DNA of 10,865 nt from Methanothrix sp. (GTDB taxonomy: Archaea > Halobacteriota > Methanosarcinia > Methanotrichales > Methanotrichaceae). How positions within the stretch are numbered: the stretch's first letter is position 1; every line of letters begins with the position of its first letter. The notes beneath the pieces are model-generated. The model had not been told where the DNA came from. It was given only the letters and a program-made list of their open reading frames with translations, and did no database searches. Made by a program: the position numbers and the translations under genes. Below, piece after piece: positions 1 to 6,764 of this stretch. The stretch is taken from NCBI GenBank assembly GCA_037128175.1, contig JBAXWY010000065.1, positions 1 to 10,865 of the forward strand, in the 5' to 3' direction.

Positions 1-109
1 ACTTCATATCCTGCGCGATTCTTTTGGTGCTCTCGCCTCTCTTTTTGGCCCGAATCATATATCTGATCTTCCTCTCGGTTAGTTTTACAACTTTATTCTT
101 CTTTCCCAT
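1..109 (-). CDS. 5' part of a probable IS481-family transposase (N-terminal HTH), running off the left edge
   Basis: Hand translation from the ATG at 109-107 gives MGKKNKVVKLTERKIRYMIRAKKRGESTKRIAQDMK with no stop before the window edge. The basic KL-x3-IR-x2-I-x6-S-x3-IA pattern resembles, from recall, the HTH start of archaeal IS481-like transposases. Too short to appear in the ORF track. Confidence 0.65.
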   Translation of the reverse strand, partial: MGKKNKVVKLTERKIRYMIRAKKRGESTKRIAQDMK

Positions 110-154
110 GCCACATTGATGGGTATATAAGGTCAAAGGTTTCGGGACTACACA
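1..154 (-). mobile_element. Left end of a putative IS481-family insertion sequence
   Basis: Upstream of the transposase start the minus strand reads TGTGTAGTCCCGAAACC (154-138). IS481 elements typically begin 5'-TGT. The exact end is ambiguous (152, 154 or 156) because of the ACACACA run, and the partner IR lies outside the window. Confidence 0.5.
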
Positions 155-168
155 CAATCATGGCTAAT

Positions 169-184
169 CGAAATATTTTTATAT
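169..184 (+). promoter_or_regulatory. Putative archaeal BRE/TATA promoter of the 218..3466 gene
   Basis: CGAAA (169-173) followed by TTTTATAT (177-184), about 35 nt before the ATG at 218. SD-like GAGGT at 207-211. Confidence 0.45.
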
Positions 185-217
185 TGGCTCGAATTATACT
201 TTGATCGAGGTAGAATT

Positions 218-3200
218 ATGGGAATACTGTCGTTCGCAAGTGCCCTTTCACTGATAATATTATTAGCAATTCCAGCTTTTGCAGATGATGTCGATAACCT
301 CATCATAGATCTCACAGACCAAAACGATACAGTCAGAGTTGATGCTACAAGGGCTCTATTTGTTCTAAAAGATGCAAGATCAGTAGATCCATTGATTCTG
401 GCGCTAAGCGATGAAGATTCTGAGGTTCGAGCTGGCGCAGCGAGCGCCCTGGGATGGATCAAAGACATAAAAGCAACAGATCCCTTGATTCGAGCTCTAG
501 ATGATGATGATGCGGTTGTCAGAAGTACAGCTGCAGGAAGCCTTGGTGTGATCAATGAAACGAAGGCAGTGGAACCATTGATCCGAGCACTTGATGATGA
601 AGATTTTAGTGTCAGAGCCAACGCCGCAATTAGTCTAGGACTGCTCAAGAGCCATGACGCAGTAAACCCATTGATTCAAGCTCTAAGCGACAAAGACAGT
701 GAAGTCAGATGGAGAGCTGCTTATTCCCTCGGAGAAATCAGCGATAATCTAGCAATAGATCCGTTGAAACAGGCGCTAGATGATGATGATGCTACCGTTC
801 GAGAGGAAGCCAGAGCGGCTCTGGAAAAAATAGAACCACAACAGAACGATGCACAAGGCAAAATAGCATCCCCCAAAGGAACGCCTGCAAAGGAAGGTGG
901 CGATTTTGATGGCCAGCAACTCGAAAACTCTGAGATTTTCAACAACGAAAATGCGGGTTCTGTTGAAAACTCTCCATCATGCAGTCCGAGCTTTACGATT
1001 GACCGGAGCTATTACATCAGCTCCATCGAGAACTATCACTGGAATTATGGGAGTGGCACCACAGAGGCAGGAACTATCGGCCTGCAAAAAGAGGATGGCA
1101 CAATATACGGGCCATGGAATGTAGAGGCCAGCTCGGGCCAGGGCGGCGTGCCCAAAGCCAATTGGATCGCTCATCCTGAAAAAATTTTGCCCCCCGGAAC
1201 GTATACCATAGTGGATTCCGATCCTTCCACTTGGTCTCAGAACTCGGACTCAAGCAATTGTGGATTTAGCAAAGTCGAGGGTCATACCGAGACCGGAGCA
1301 AAACCCGGCCTTACTAAAACAAGCGGAAGTCAGAGCAGTTCGTACCAGGTTGGACCCGACCAGATTGCGATCCCGAACTTTGCATCCCTCATCCAGACCT
1401 CGGAGTGGGGCATGGTCCCAGCCAACCAGGTAGTAGTAATGCTGAAGGAAGGAAAAGGCCGGACAGATGCCGATCGCTTGGCATCCGACCTGGGGGGCCA
1501 GGTTGTGGGGTTCTTTAACTACATTAACCTCTACCAGATAGAGACCTCTGGCACGACCGAGGCTGAATTAATAGACTCCGTGGCCAAGGCCAAGCAGGAT
1601 CCTGACGTAGAGCTAGCTTTCCCCAACCAACAATCCTATCCCGATGCAACTGTTCAAGGAAAAGAGTGCTCTCCCCTGGATGATCCAGTCTATACTGAAG
1701 GTGGTCGCGGCAAAGACTATGAGATGATAGGTGTCCAGCGGGCTTGGGATCTGATAAGAGTCTCGGGTCTTTCCCTATCGAAAGTGCATGTAGGCGTAGT
1801 AGATGACGGTCTTTACAAAGGAAATGATGAGTTCAATGGCAAGGTGAAGATAGATACAAGTGAGCAAAATTCTGAGCTGCAGAATTCTTTGGGAAAAATA
1901 TACGATAACAATGGGTTACTTGTAGCGGATTATACAGTAGCCGGTAGTCACGGTACTGGCGTTATGAATATCATTGCCGCAAACCCCGATAATGGTGGAA
2001 TAACCGGCATAGCATCTGAGCCGCTCGGGGACAAGCTCGAAACGTCCATGATCAATTTCAATGCTCCCCCTTATGGAGACAATCCAAAGAGTGCGCCAGA
2101 TCCAAATGATCCAACGAAGGTTGTGTGGACAAACGGCAAGACCTATACCTTTAGCGATTTGTTAGCAATCAATAAAAGCATAAACGATGGAGCAACAATC
2201 ATAAGCTGTTCATGGGGCAATCGTGAAGCTGATCCCAATTTTGCGGCAGCCTCCAAACAGTTCTTTGAAAAGATGGCCTTGAATCATCCTGATGTGCTCT
2301 TTGTTTGTTCAGCGGGAAATGAAGGAATATCGCCGGATGGAGCCCGAACATTTCCGGGAGGCCTTCAAATGCCCAACATGATCACGGTGGGCAACATCAT
2401 GAACGACTGCTCCAACACAGCAAACAGTAACATGGCCAGCAATAACTTCGAGGTGACCCTTGCTGCTCCCGGTGAAGAATCAGTAAACGGCTTCGACAAT
2501 AATGGCGGTATAAAGAATAATTTGGGAGGCACCAGCATGGCCACGCCCCAGGTAACCTCCGCAGCAGCCCTGATCCGCGCCCTGAATCCTCAATTGACGG
2601 CTGGCCAGATCAAGGATATACTGGTGCAGAATGCCAGGACAAGCGTTGATATTGATGGCAATAAGGTACCTGCGCCTCCAAAACTGGGCGGCCGCATCCT
2701 TGCTATTGATGAGGCAGTTTTCAAGGTAATAAATGACCAACGCAAGAAGCTGAACTTAACGCCATTCACAGATATAGATTCTGCTCTGGGATTGGCCCGA
2801 ATTGGTTTGGTCGCTAAAAACGATCCAGCATATCCAAATGACTGGAAGGTAACGGCAGAGATCCTGAGCGTCGAGACTAAAAAAGGTGCGGACGTGGCCA
2901 TCGAGCTTCAAGGAGAGGGAGCTATTGGAAGCGACCGAAAGATACACCTCAGCCAGGCGGGCGCTGTAAACTGGGATGTGACCACAAAGGGCAGCGCTAC
3001 GGTGGTAGTGAAGAGACTTGATACCAACGGCTGCAACAGAGCTGTGCTAGCTGAACCTTCCGAGGGCTTGAGCGGCAAGTGGCAGACCTGGACTATAATT
3101 AATGGCGTCAAAATGATGGATGGAAGTGGGCTGTTGTTCCTCTATATACTTAACCAATCAGGAAGCTCCATAACTTTCACGGCCCCTCACGTGATCGCTA

Positions 3201-3466
3201 GGGACATAGTCGGAACTATCAGCGGCAGCACCTTTACAGGCACCTTCATAGACAGCGACACTAACCGGACTCAAGGGAATATAGAGATAACCTTCTCGTC
3301 GGATGGCAACCACTTCACGGGACGGAAGATGAGAGAAATTTGGCCGCAGGAGTTGGAATGGGGCGGTGATAGAGTATCCGAAATAGGTCCAACTCCCGCA
3401 CCTTCCTCATCCCCTATTGCTCAGTGGGTTAAGGGGTCAGGTAAGTTGTCGCCTGCTACGAGTTAG
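218..3466 (+). CDS. Secreted multidomain subtilisin-like serine peptidase (S8) with N-terminal HEAT/PBS-lyase repeats, 1082 aa
   Basis: Signal peptide (MGILSFASALSLIILLAIPAFA/DD). Six 31-aa HEAT_PBS repeats (PLI.AL.D.D..VR..AA..LG.I). HWN/GPW domain at about 932-1283. Prodomain-like segment (NQVVVMLK...YQIET...VELAFPN) at about 1410-1630. S8 catalytic residues intact: D529 (VGVVDDG, nt 1802), H578 (SHGTGV, nt 1949), oxyanion N701 (SAGNEG, nt 2318), S773 (GTSMATP, nt 2534). Beta-rich C-terminal domains follow. Confidence 0.93.
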   Translation: MGILSFASALSLIILLAIPAFADDVDNLIIDLTDQNDTVRVDATRALFVLKDARSVDPLILALSDEDSEVRAGAASALGWIKDIKATDPLIRALDDDDAVVRSTAAGSLGVINETKAVEPLIRALDDEDFSVRANAAISLGLLKSHDAVNPLIQALSDKDSEVRWRAAYSLGEISDNLAIDPLKQALDDDDATVREEARAALEKIEPQQNDAQGKIASPKGTPAKEGGDFDGQQLENSEIFNNENAGSVENSPSCSPSFTIDRSYYISSIENYHWNYGSGTTEAGTIGLQKEDGTIYGPWNVEASSGQGGVPKANWIAHPEKILPPGTYTIVDSDPSTWSQNSDSSNCGFSKVEGHTETGAKPGLTKTSGSQSSSYQVGPDQIAIPNFASLIQTSEWGMVPANQVVVMLKEGKGRTDADRLASDLGGQVVGFFNYINLYQIETSGTTEAELIDSVAKAKQDPDVELAFPNQQSYPDATVQGKECSPLDDPVYTEGGRGKDYEMIGVQRAWDLIRVSGLSLSKVHVGVVDDGLYKGNDEFNGKVKIDTSEQNSELQNSLGKIYDNNGLLVADYTVAGSHGTGVMNIIAANPDNGGITGIASEPLGDKLETSMINFNAPPYGDNPKSAPDPNDPTKVVWTNGKTYTFSDLLAINKSINDGATIISCSWGNREADPNFAAASKQFFEKMALNHPDVLFVCSAGNEGISPDGARTFPGGLQMPNMITVGNIMNDCSNTANSNMASNNFEVTLAAPGEESVNGFDNNGGIKNNLGGTSMATPQVTSAAALIRALNPQLTAGQIKDILVQNARTSVDIDGNKVPAPPKLGGRILAIDEAVFKVINDQRKKLNLTPFTDIDSALGLARIGLVAKNDPAYPNDWKVTAEILSVETKKGADVAIELQGEGAIGSDRKIHLSQAGAVNWDVTTKGSATVVVKRLDTNGCNRAVLAEPSEGLSGKWQTWTIINGVKMMDGSGLLFLYILNQSGSSITFTAPHVIARDIVGTISGSTFTGTFIDSDTNRTQGNIEITFSSDGNHFTGRKMREIWPQELEWGGDRVSEIGPTPAPSSSPIAQWVKGSGKLSPATS
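290..835 (+). repeat. Six tandem 93-bp (31-aa) HEAT/PBS-lyase coding repeats
   Basis: Periodic PLIxALxDxDxxVRxxAAxxLGxI units in the translation, with recurring CCATTGAT-like DNA motifs. Confidence 0.9.
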
Positions 3467-3488
3467 CAGAAGAGCTAAGCCGCGAGCC

Positions 3489-3533
3489 CATAAAATCGAT
3501 TATGCTGAATGAGATGAATGGAGCTGCAGGCCT
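3489..3533 (+). repeat. 45-bp direct repeat, left copy
   Basis: CATAAAATCGATTATGCTGAATGAGATGAATGGAGCTGCAGGCCT matches 10633-10677 at 43/45 positions. Confidence 0.95.
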
Positions 3534-3858
3534 AGGCCGGGAGTGGCTCTTCCTCGGACGGAGCTCGGGACACCTGTGCACCAAGACGGTGCTCCGGAAC
3601 CATAGACCGCCTGGCAGAAGAGGCCGGGATTCAGGAGGTTATGCGCCGGCAGAAGCTCTCCAGGAGGAAGGTCACGCCCCCATATCCTCAGGCACAGCCA
3701 TGTGGTGAATGCGCTGATGGCAGGCGTGCCGGTGCCAATGAATTCAGATAGCCGGGTGGGGCACAAGAGGCTATAGATCTACGCCACCGTGGCGCTGGCC
3801 CCTGGTGAAGGAGGCGTATGATCTGCATGGATTCGGGCCGGTGAGTGCAAGGATCTAA
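3502..3858 (+). pseudogene. Degraded C-terminal fragment of a tyrosine recombinase/integrase (XerC/D-like)
   Basis: Stitching frames gives MLNEMNG...EWLFLGRSSGHLCTKTVLR / TIDRLAEEAGIQEVMRRQKLSRRKVTP / HILRHSHVVNALMAGVPVPMNSDSRVGHKRL*IYATVALA / LVKEAYDLHGF. It contains HxLRH (3681-3695), VGH (3756-3764) and the nucleophile-position Tyr (3780-3782). Frameshifts near 3598, 3680 and 3801 and an in-frame TAG at 3774. The N-terminal part, including the first catalytic Arg, is absent. Confidence 0.88.
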
Positions 3859-4074
3859 TAGCAGCTCGATTGGAGGGGATGTGCGTATAACCTGCAAGTC
3901 TTCTCGCCCATTTTCTCTTTTGGCTAGGATTGTCACAAATTCGGTTCTGGCAAATAACTCATTCTAGACACTATGGAATGATTTATCGACAATTGCGCGA
4001 TATCGGAAAATCGCAACCCATCACCCCAAAATATGAAATAAAATCTGCCGCGTAACATCATATCTTTCGAGATA

Positions 4075-4091
4075 GAAAACATATTTATAAA
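4075..4091 (+). promoter_or_regulatory. Candidate BRE/TATA element upstream of the 4310 gene
   Basis: GAAAAC followed by TTTATAAA (4084-4091). Alternative TATA-like sites (e.g. CCTTATAC 4253-4260) lie nearer the start, so the assignment is uncertain. Confidence 0.3.
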
Positions 4092-4309
4092 ATTGTGTTG
4101 CCCTCGTATATCAGTCAGGAATGTTTGATCCTAAAGTACGTGCAACCTGCTTTTTCGCGGGAGAAGAGATGCGGGCCACGGGAGCGCAAGGGAGGACGTT
4201 CAGTTCATTAATTAAAATATAAACATATAGTAAAAGTTAAATGCTATTAGAACCTTATACATATTAACAAACTGGGATATAATACAAACTACTAAACGGT
4301 AGGATTCCA

Positions 4310-5686
4310 ATGATAGGTACTAAAAAAGTATTACTGTCTTCCATTATTCTGTTAATGGCGATATCCGTAGCGGGCGCTGGGCTATGCATCAGCGGCTACA
4401 AACTGGATGACTGCACGAAAGCTGGCCTCTCCGGCTGGACAGTTACCTTGAGCAATGGATCATACACGGTCAGCCAAACCACGGACGGCAGCGGCAAGTA
4501 TCAGTTCTGCGGCTTGTCTCCCAGCACCTACACAGTTTGGGAAACGATCAAGAGTGGCTGGTCTCCATCAACCACGCCGTTCTTGAATGTGAACCTGATC
4601 ACCAACCTCATCAACAAGAACTTCACAAACAGCAAGCATCTGTGCATCAGCGGCTACAAGCGTAATAACTGCGATGGCGCTGGCCTCTCCGGCTGGACAG
4701 TTACCCTGAGCAATGGATCTTACACGGTCAGCCAAACCACGGACGGCAGCGGCAAGTATCAGTTCTGCGGCCTGCTTCCCGGCGCCTACACAATTTGGGA
4801 AACGGTCAAGAGTGGCTGGACTGCCAGCACCTCGCCAATCCTAAGCCTGACTCTGAGCTGCAACACAGACTTGACCAATCAGAACTTCAGGAACCAGCAG
4901 CTCATGTGCATCCCAATCATTGCCCTCCGTGCCGCTAATGGCCAGTACGTCTGTGCCGAAGGTGGCGGTGGCGATGGAGTCGTAGCTAACCGCAATGCAA
5001 TAGGTGGCTGGGAGACGTTCAAACTCATCGATCGAGGAAGCGGCAATGTAGCTCTACAGGCCGCCAATGGCAAGTATCTATGTGCGGAAGGAGGAGGAGG
5101 CGGAGCAGTCGTAGCTAACCGCAATGCAATAGGTGCATGGGAAACATTCAAACTCATCGATAGGGGAAACGGATATTTTGCTTTGCAGGCCGCCAATGGC
5201 CAGTATCTATGTGCAGAAGGAGGAGGAGGCGGAGCAGTCGTAGCTAACCGCAATGCTATAGGAGCATGGGAGACGTTCAGGTTTATGGATCTCCGAAGAC
5301 CTGCAAAAGTGGCGCTTCGGGCCGCCAATAACCAGTACGTCTGTGCCGAAGGTGGCGGCGGAGATGGTGTCGTAGCTAACCGCAATGCAATAGGTCAATG
5401 GGAGACGTTCAAACTCATTGATCGAGGAAACGGCAATGTAGCTCTACAGGCCGCCAATAACCAATATGTCTGTGCAGAAGGTGGAGGAGGCGGAGCAGTC
5501 GTAGCTAACCGCAATGCGATAGGAGCATGGGAGACATTTGGGCTTCTCTATCGCGGGAACGGCAACGTAGCTTTGCAGGCTGCCAATGGCAAGTATGTCT
5601 GTGCTGAAGGTGGGGGTGGCGATGGAGTCGTGGCCAACCGTAATTCTATAGGGGCCTGGGAGACATTCAACCTAATTCCGACCTAG
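4310..5686 (+). CDS. Secreted adhesin-like protein: 2 CnaB/SpaA (SdrD B-like) domains + 6 fascin-like beta-trefoil repeats, 458 aa
   Basis: Signal peptide MIGTKKVLLSSIILLMAISVAGA. Two 86-aa units (ISGYK...GLSGWTVTL...TTDGSGKYQFCGL.PG/STYT.WET...NF.N). Six 43-44-aa units (VAL.AANG.Y.CAEGGGG..VVANRNAIG.WETF), which equal two trefoils. Confidence 0.9.
   Translation: MIGTKKVLLSSIILLMAISVAGAGLCISGYKLDDCTKAGLSGWTVTLSNGSYTVSQTTDGSGKYQFCGLSPSTYTVWETIKSGWSPSTTPFLNVNLITNLINKNFTNSKHLCISGYKRNNCDGAGLSGWTVTLSNGSYTVSQTTDGSGKYQFCGLLPGAYTIWETVKSGWTASTSPILSLTLSCNTDLTNQNFRNQQLMCIPIIALRAANGQYVCAEGGGGDGVVANRNAIGGWETFKLIDRGSGNVALQAANGKYLCAEGGGGGAVVANRNAIGAWETFKLIDRGNGYFALQAANGQYLCAEGGGGGAVVANRNAIGAWETFRFMDLRRPAKVALRAANNQYVCAEGGGGDGVVANRNAIGQWETFKLIDRGNGNVALQAANNQYVCAEGGGGGAVVANRNAIGAWETFGLLYRGNGNVALQAANGKYVCAEGGGGDGVVANRNSIGAWETFNLIPT
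4382..4893 (+). repeat. Tandem duplication of a CnaB-like domain (258-bp period)
   Basis: Copies begin at 4382 (CTATGCATCAGCGGCTACAA) and 4640 (CTGTGCATCAGCGGCTACAA), with long identical stretches such as ACGGTCAGCCAAACCACGGACGGCAGCGGCAAGTATCAGTTCTGCGGC. Confidence 0.92.
4919..5683 (+). repeat. Six ~129-bp fascin-like coding repeats
   Basis: Recurring GTCGTAGCTAACCGCAATGC and TGGGAGACGTTCAAACTCAT motifs with a ~129-nt period, in frame. Confidence 0.92.
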
Positions 5687-5728
5687 GATATCGCAAAATA
5701 CAAAATTCCAACAAGAACACCTAGGATG

Positions 5729-5760
5729 GATGTGAGGAACTCTATCCTCACATCACTTTT
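5729..5760 (+). terminator. Hairpin plus T-tract downstream of the 4310..5686 gene
   Basis: Perfect 10-bp stem GATGTGAGGA (5729-5738) / TCCTCACATC (5745-5754), 6-nt loop, then ACTTTT. Confidence 0.55.
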
Positions 5761-5850
5761 CGGGAGATAGAGACCTGGCATATTTAGGCGTTATTAACGG
5801 CAGGGATTATCTCCAACCAGGAATAAATGAAGAATCAAGGAGGTAGTATC

Positions 5851-6585
5851 TTGAAATATCGATTGGCCCTTATATTTGCACTAAGCCTAATAGTGCTTAG
5901 CGTGGCAGCCTTGGGAGAGAATTCTGATCAGTATATAAAGGATCTAAAGGATGAAAATAGTGCTGTGCGAGCTCAGGCTGCAATGGCTCTCGCCGAGCTA
6001 AACGACGCCGCAGCCGTAGAGCCTTTGATCTCAGCCCTTAAAGACGAAAACAGCTCTGTTCGATCAGAGTCGGCGAAAGCTCTTGGATGGATCAGAGATG
6101 ATCGTGCTGCGGGTCCATTGATACAGTCATTGAATGATCCAAATTGGGAAGTTCGAAGTTCAGCGACGTTAGCTCTTGGGGAGATCAATGATTCTGGGGC
6201 TGTGGACCCACTGATACAATCTCTGAATGATGATAATAGTTCTGTACGAGCTAGAGCTGCAGGAGCTCTGGGAAAGATCGGGAGTGAAAAAGGGGTCGAT
6301 CCATTGATTCAGGCTTTGAAAGACGAAGACCCCCTAGTCAGATATCTGTCTGCTGAAGCTCTGGGAAATATCAAAGATAGCCGTGCTGTAGATCCACTCA
6401 TACAGGCGCTGAAGGATGGAGATAACAGCGTAAGATATTGGGCTGCAGTGGCTCTTGGAAAGATCAATGATGTTCGAGCAGCTGATCCATTGATCCAGGC
6501 TTCCAAGGAGGACAAAGATATCTACATCCGAGATGCTGCGTCAAATGTGCTAAAGGAGCAGGGATGGGGACAAGGAGCATCGTAG
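5851..6585 (+). CDS. Secreted HEAT/PBS-lyase repeat protein (7 repeats, no catalytic domain)
   Basis: Likely start is the TTG at 5851, preceded by SD GGAGGT (5839-5844); the ORF track uses the ATG at 5827. Signal peptide MKYRLALIFALSLIVLSVAALG, then seven ~31-aa HEAT_PBS repeats. Confidence 0.9.
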   Translation: MKYRLALIFALSLIVLSVAALGENSDQYIKDLKDENSAVRAQAAMALAELNDAAAVEPLISALKDENSSVRSESAKALGWIRDDRAAGPLIQSLNDPNWEVRSSATLALGEINDSGAVDPLIQSLNDDNSSVRARAAGALGKIGSEKGVDPLIQALKDEDPLVRYLSAEALGNIKDSRAVDPLIQALKDGDNSVRYWAAVALGKINDVRAADPLIQASKEDKDIYIRDAASNVLKEQGWGQGAS

Positions 6586-6643
6586 AAGTTGGGTAAACAG
6601 CAATCATTAGATTGTGCGAGAGATGAAAACCCTGTGCTTCCCC

Positions 6644-6649
6644 TTTTTT
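6644..6649 (+). terminator. Oligo-T tract, possible archaeal terminator for the HEAT-only gene
   Basis: CCCCTTTTTT about 60 nt after the stop at 6585. Confidence 0.25.
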
Positions 6650-6710
6650 CGGGTAGCAATGGGATGAAGCCGAAATTGACGCCAATTTAGCAGTCCTAAA
6701 ATACTATGCT

Positions 6711-6722
6711 AAAATATATATA
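6711..6722 (+). promoter_or_regulatory. TATA-like element upstream of the SGNH/fascin gene
   Basis: AAAATATATATA lies roughly 25-50 nt upstream of the candidate starts at 6747 and 6765. Confidence 0.4.
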
Positions 6723-6764
6723 CTTACACAGTTAAATCGTACTTAGTTGAGCCTGGTGGTTTTG

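Noticed and set aside
148-3111. Minus-strand and alternate-frame ORFs overlapping gene 1 (148..648, 721..945, 897..1124, 977..1174, 2480..2740, 2590..2901, 2756..2947, 2908..3111)
   Set aside because: Shadow ORFs of a well-supported CDS. Their periodicity mirrors the HEAT repeats and they have no independent motifs.
3489-3533. Direct repeat as a tRNA 3'-end att site
   Set aside because: No T-arm GTTCRA motif, acceptor stem or cloverleaf in or next to either copy on either strand.
3500-3936. Short ORFs 3500..3766(-), 3502..3708(+) and 3688..3936(-) as real small genes
   Set aside because: Better explained as frames of the degraded integrase; only the first ~32 codons of 3502..3708 are in the integrase frame.
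4310-4390. Lipoprotein lipobox at AGAGLC
   Set aside because: The Cys belongs to the repeated LCISGYK strand that recurs in domain 2; an SPase I site after AGA is more plausible.
4919-5683. Regularly spaced conserved 20-25-nt motifs resembling a CRISPR array
   Set aside because: The period is ~129 nt, the intervening sequences are homologous to each other and in frame within a CDS, and there are no cas genes.
5851-6585. Annotation as phycobilin lyase (cpcE/F) or deoxyhypusine hydroxylase
   Set aside because: It shares only the repeat fold. It has a signal peptide, lacks the His-Glu metal motifs of DOHH, and has no phycobiliprotein context.
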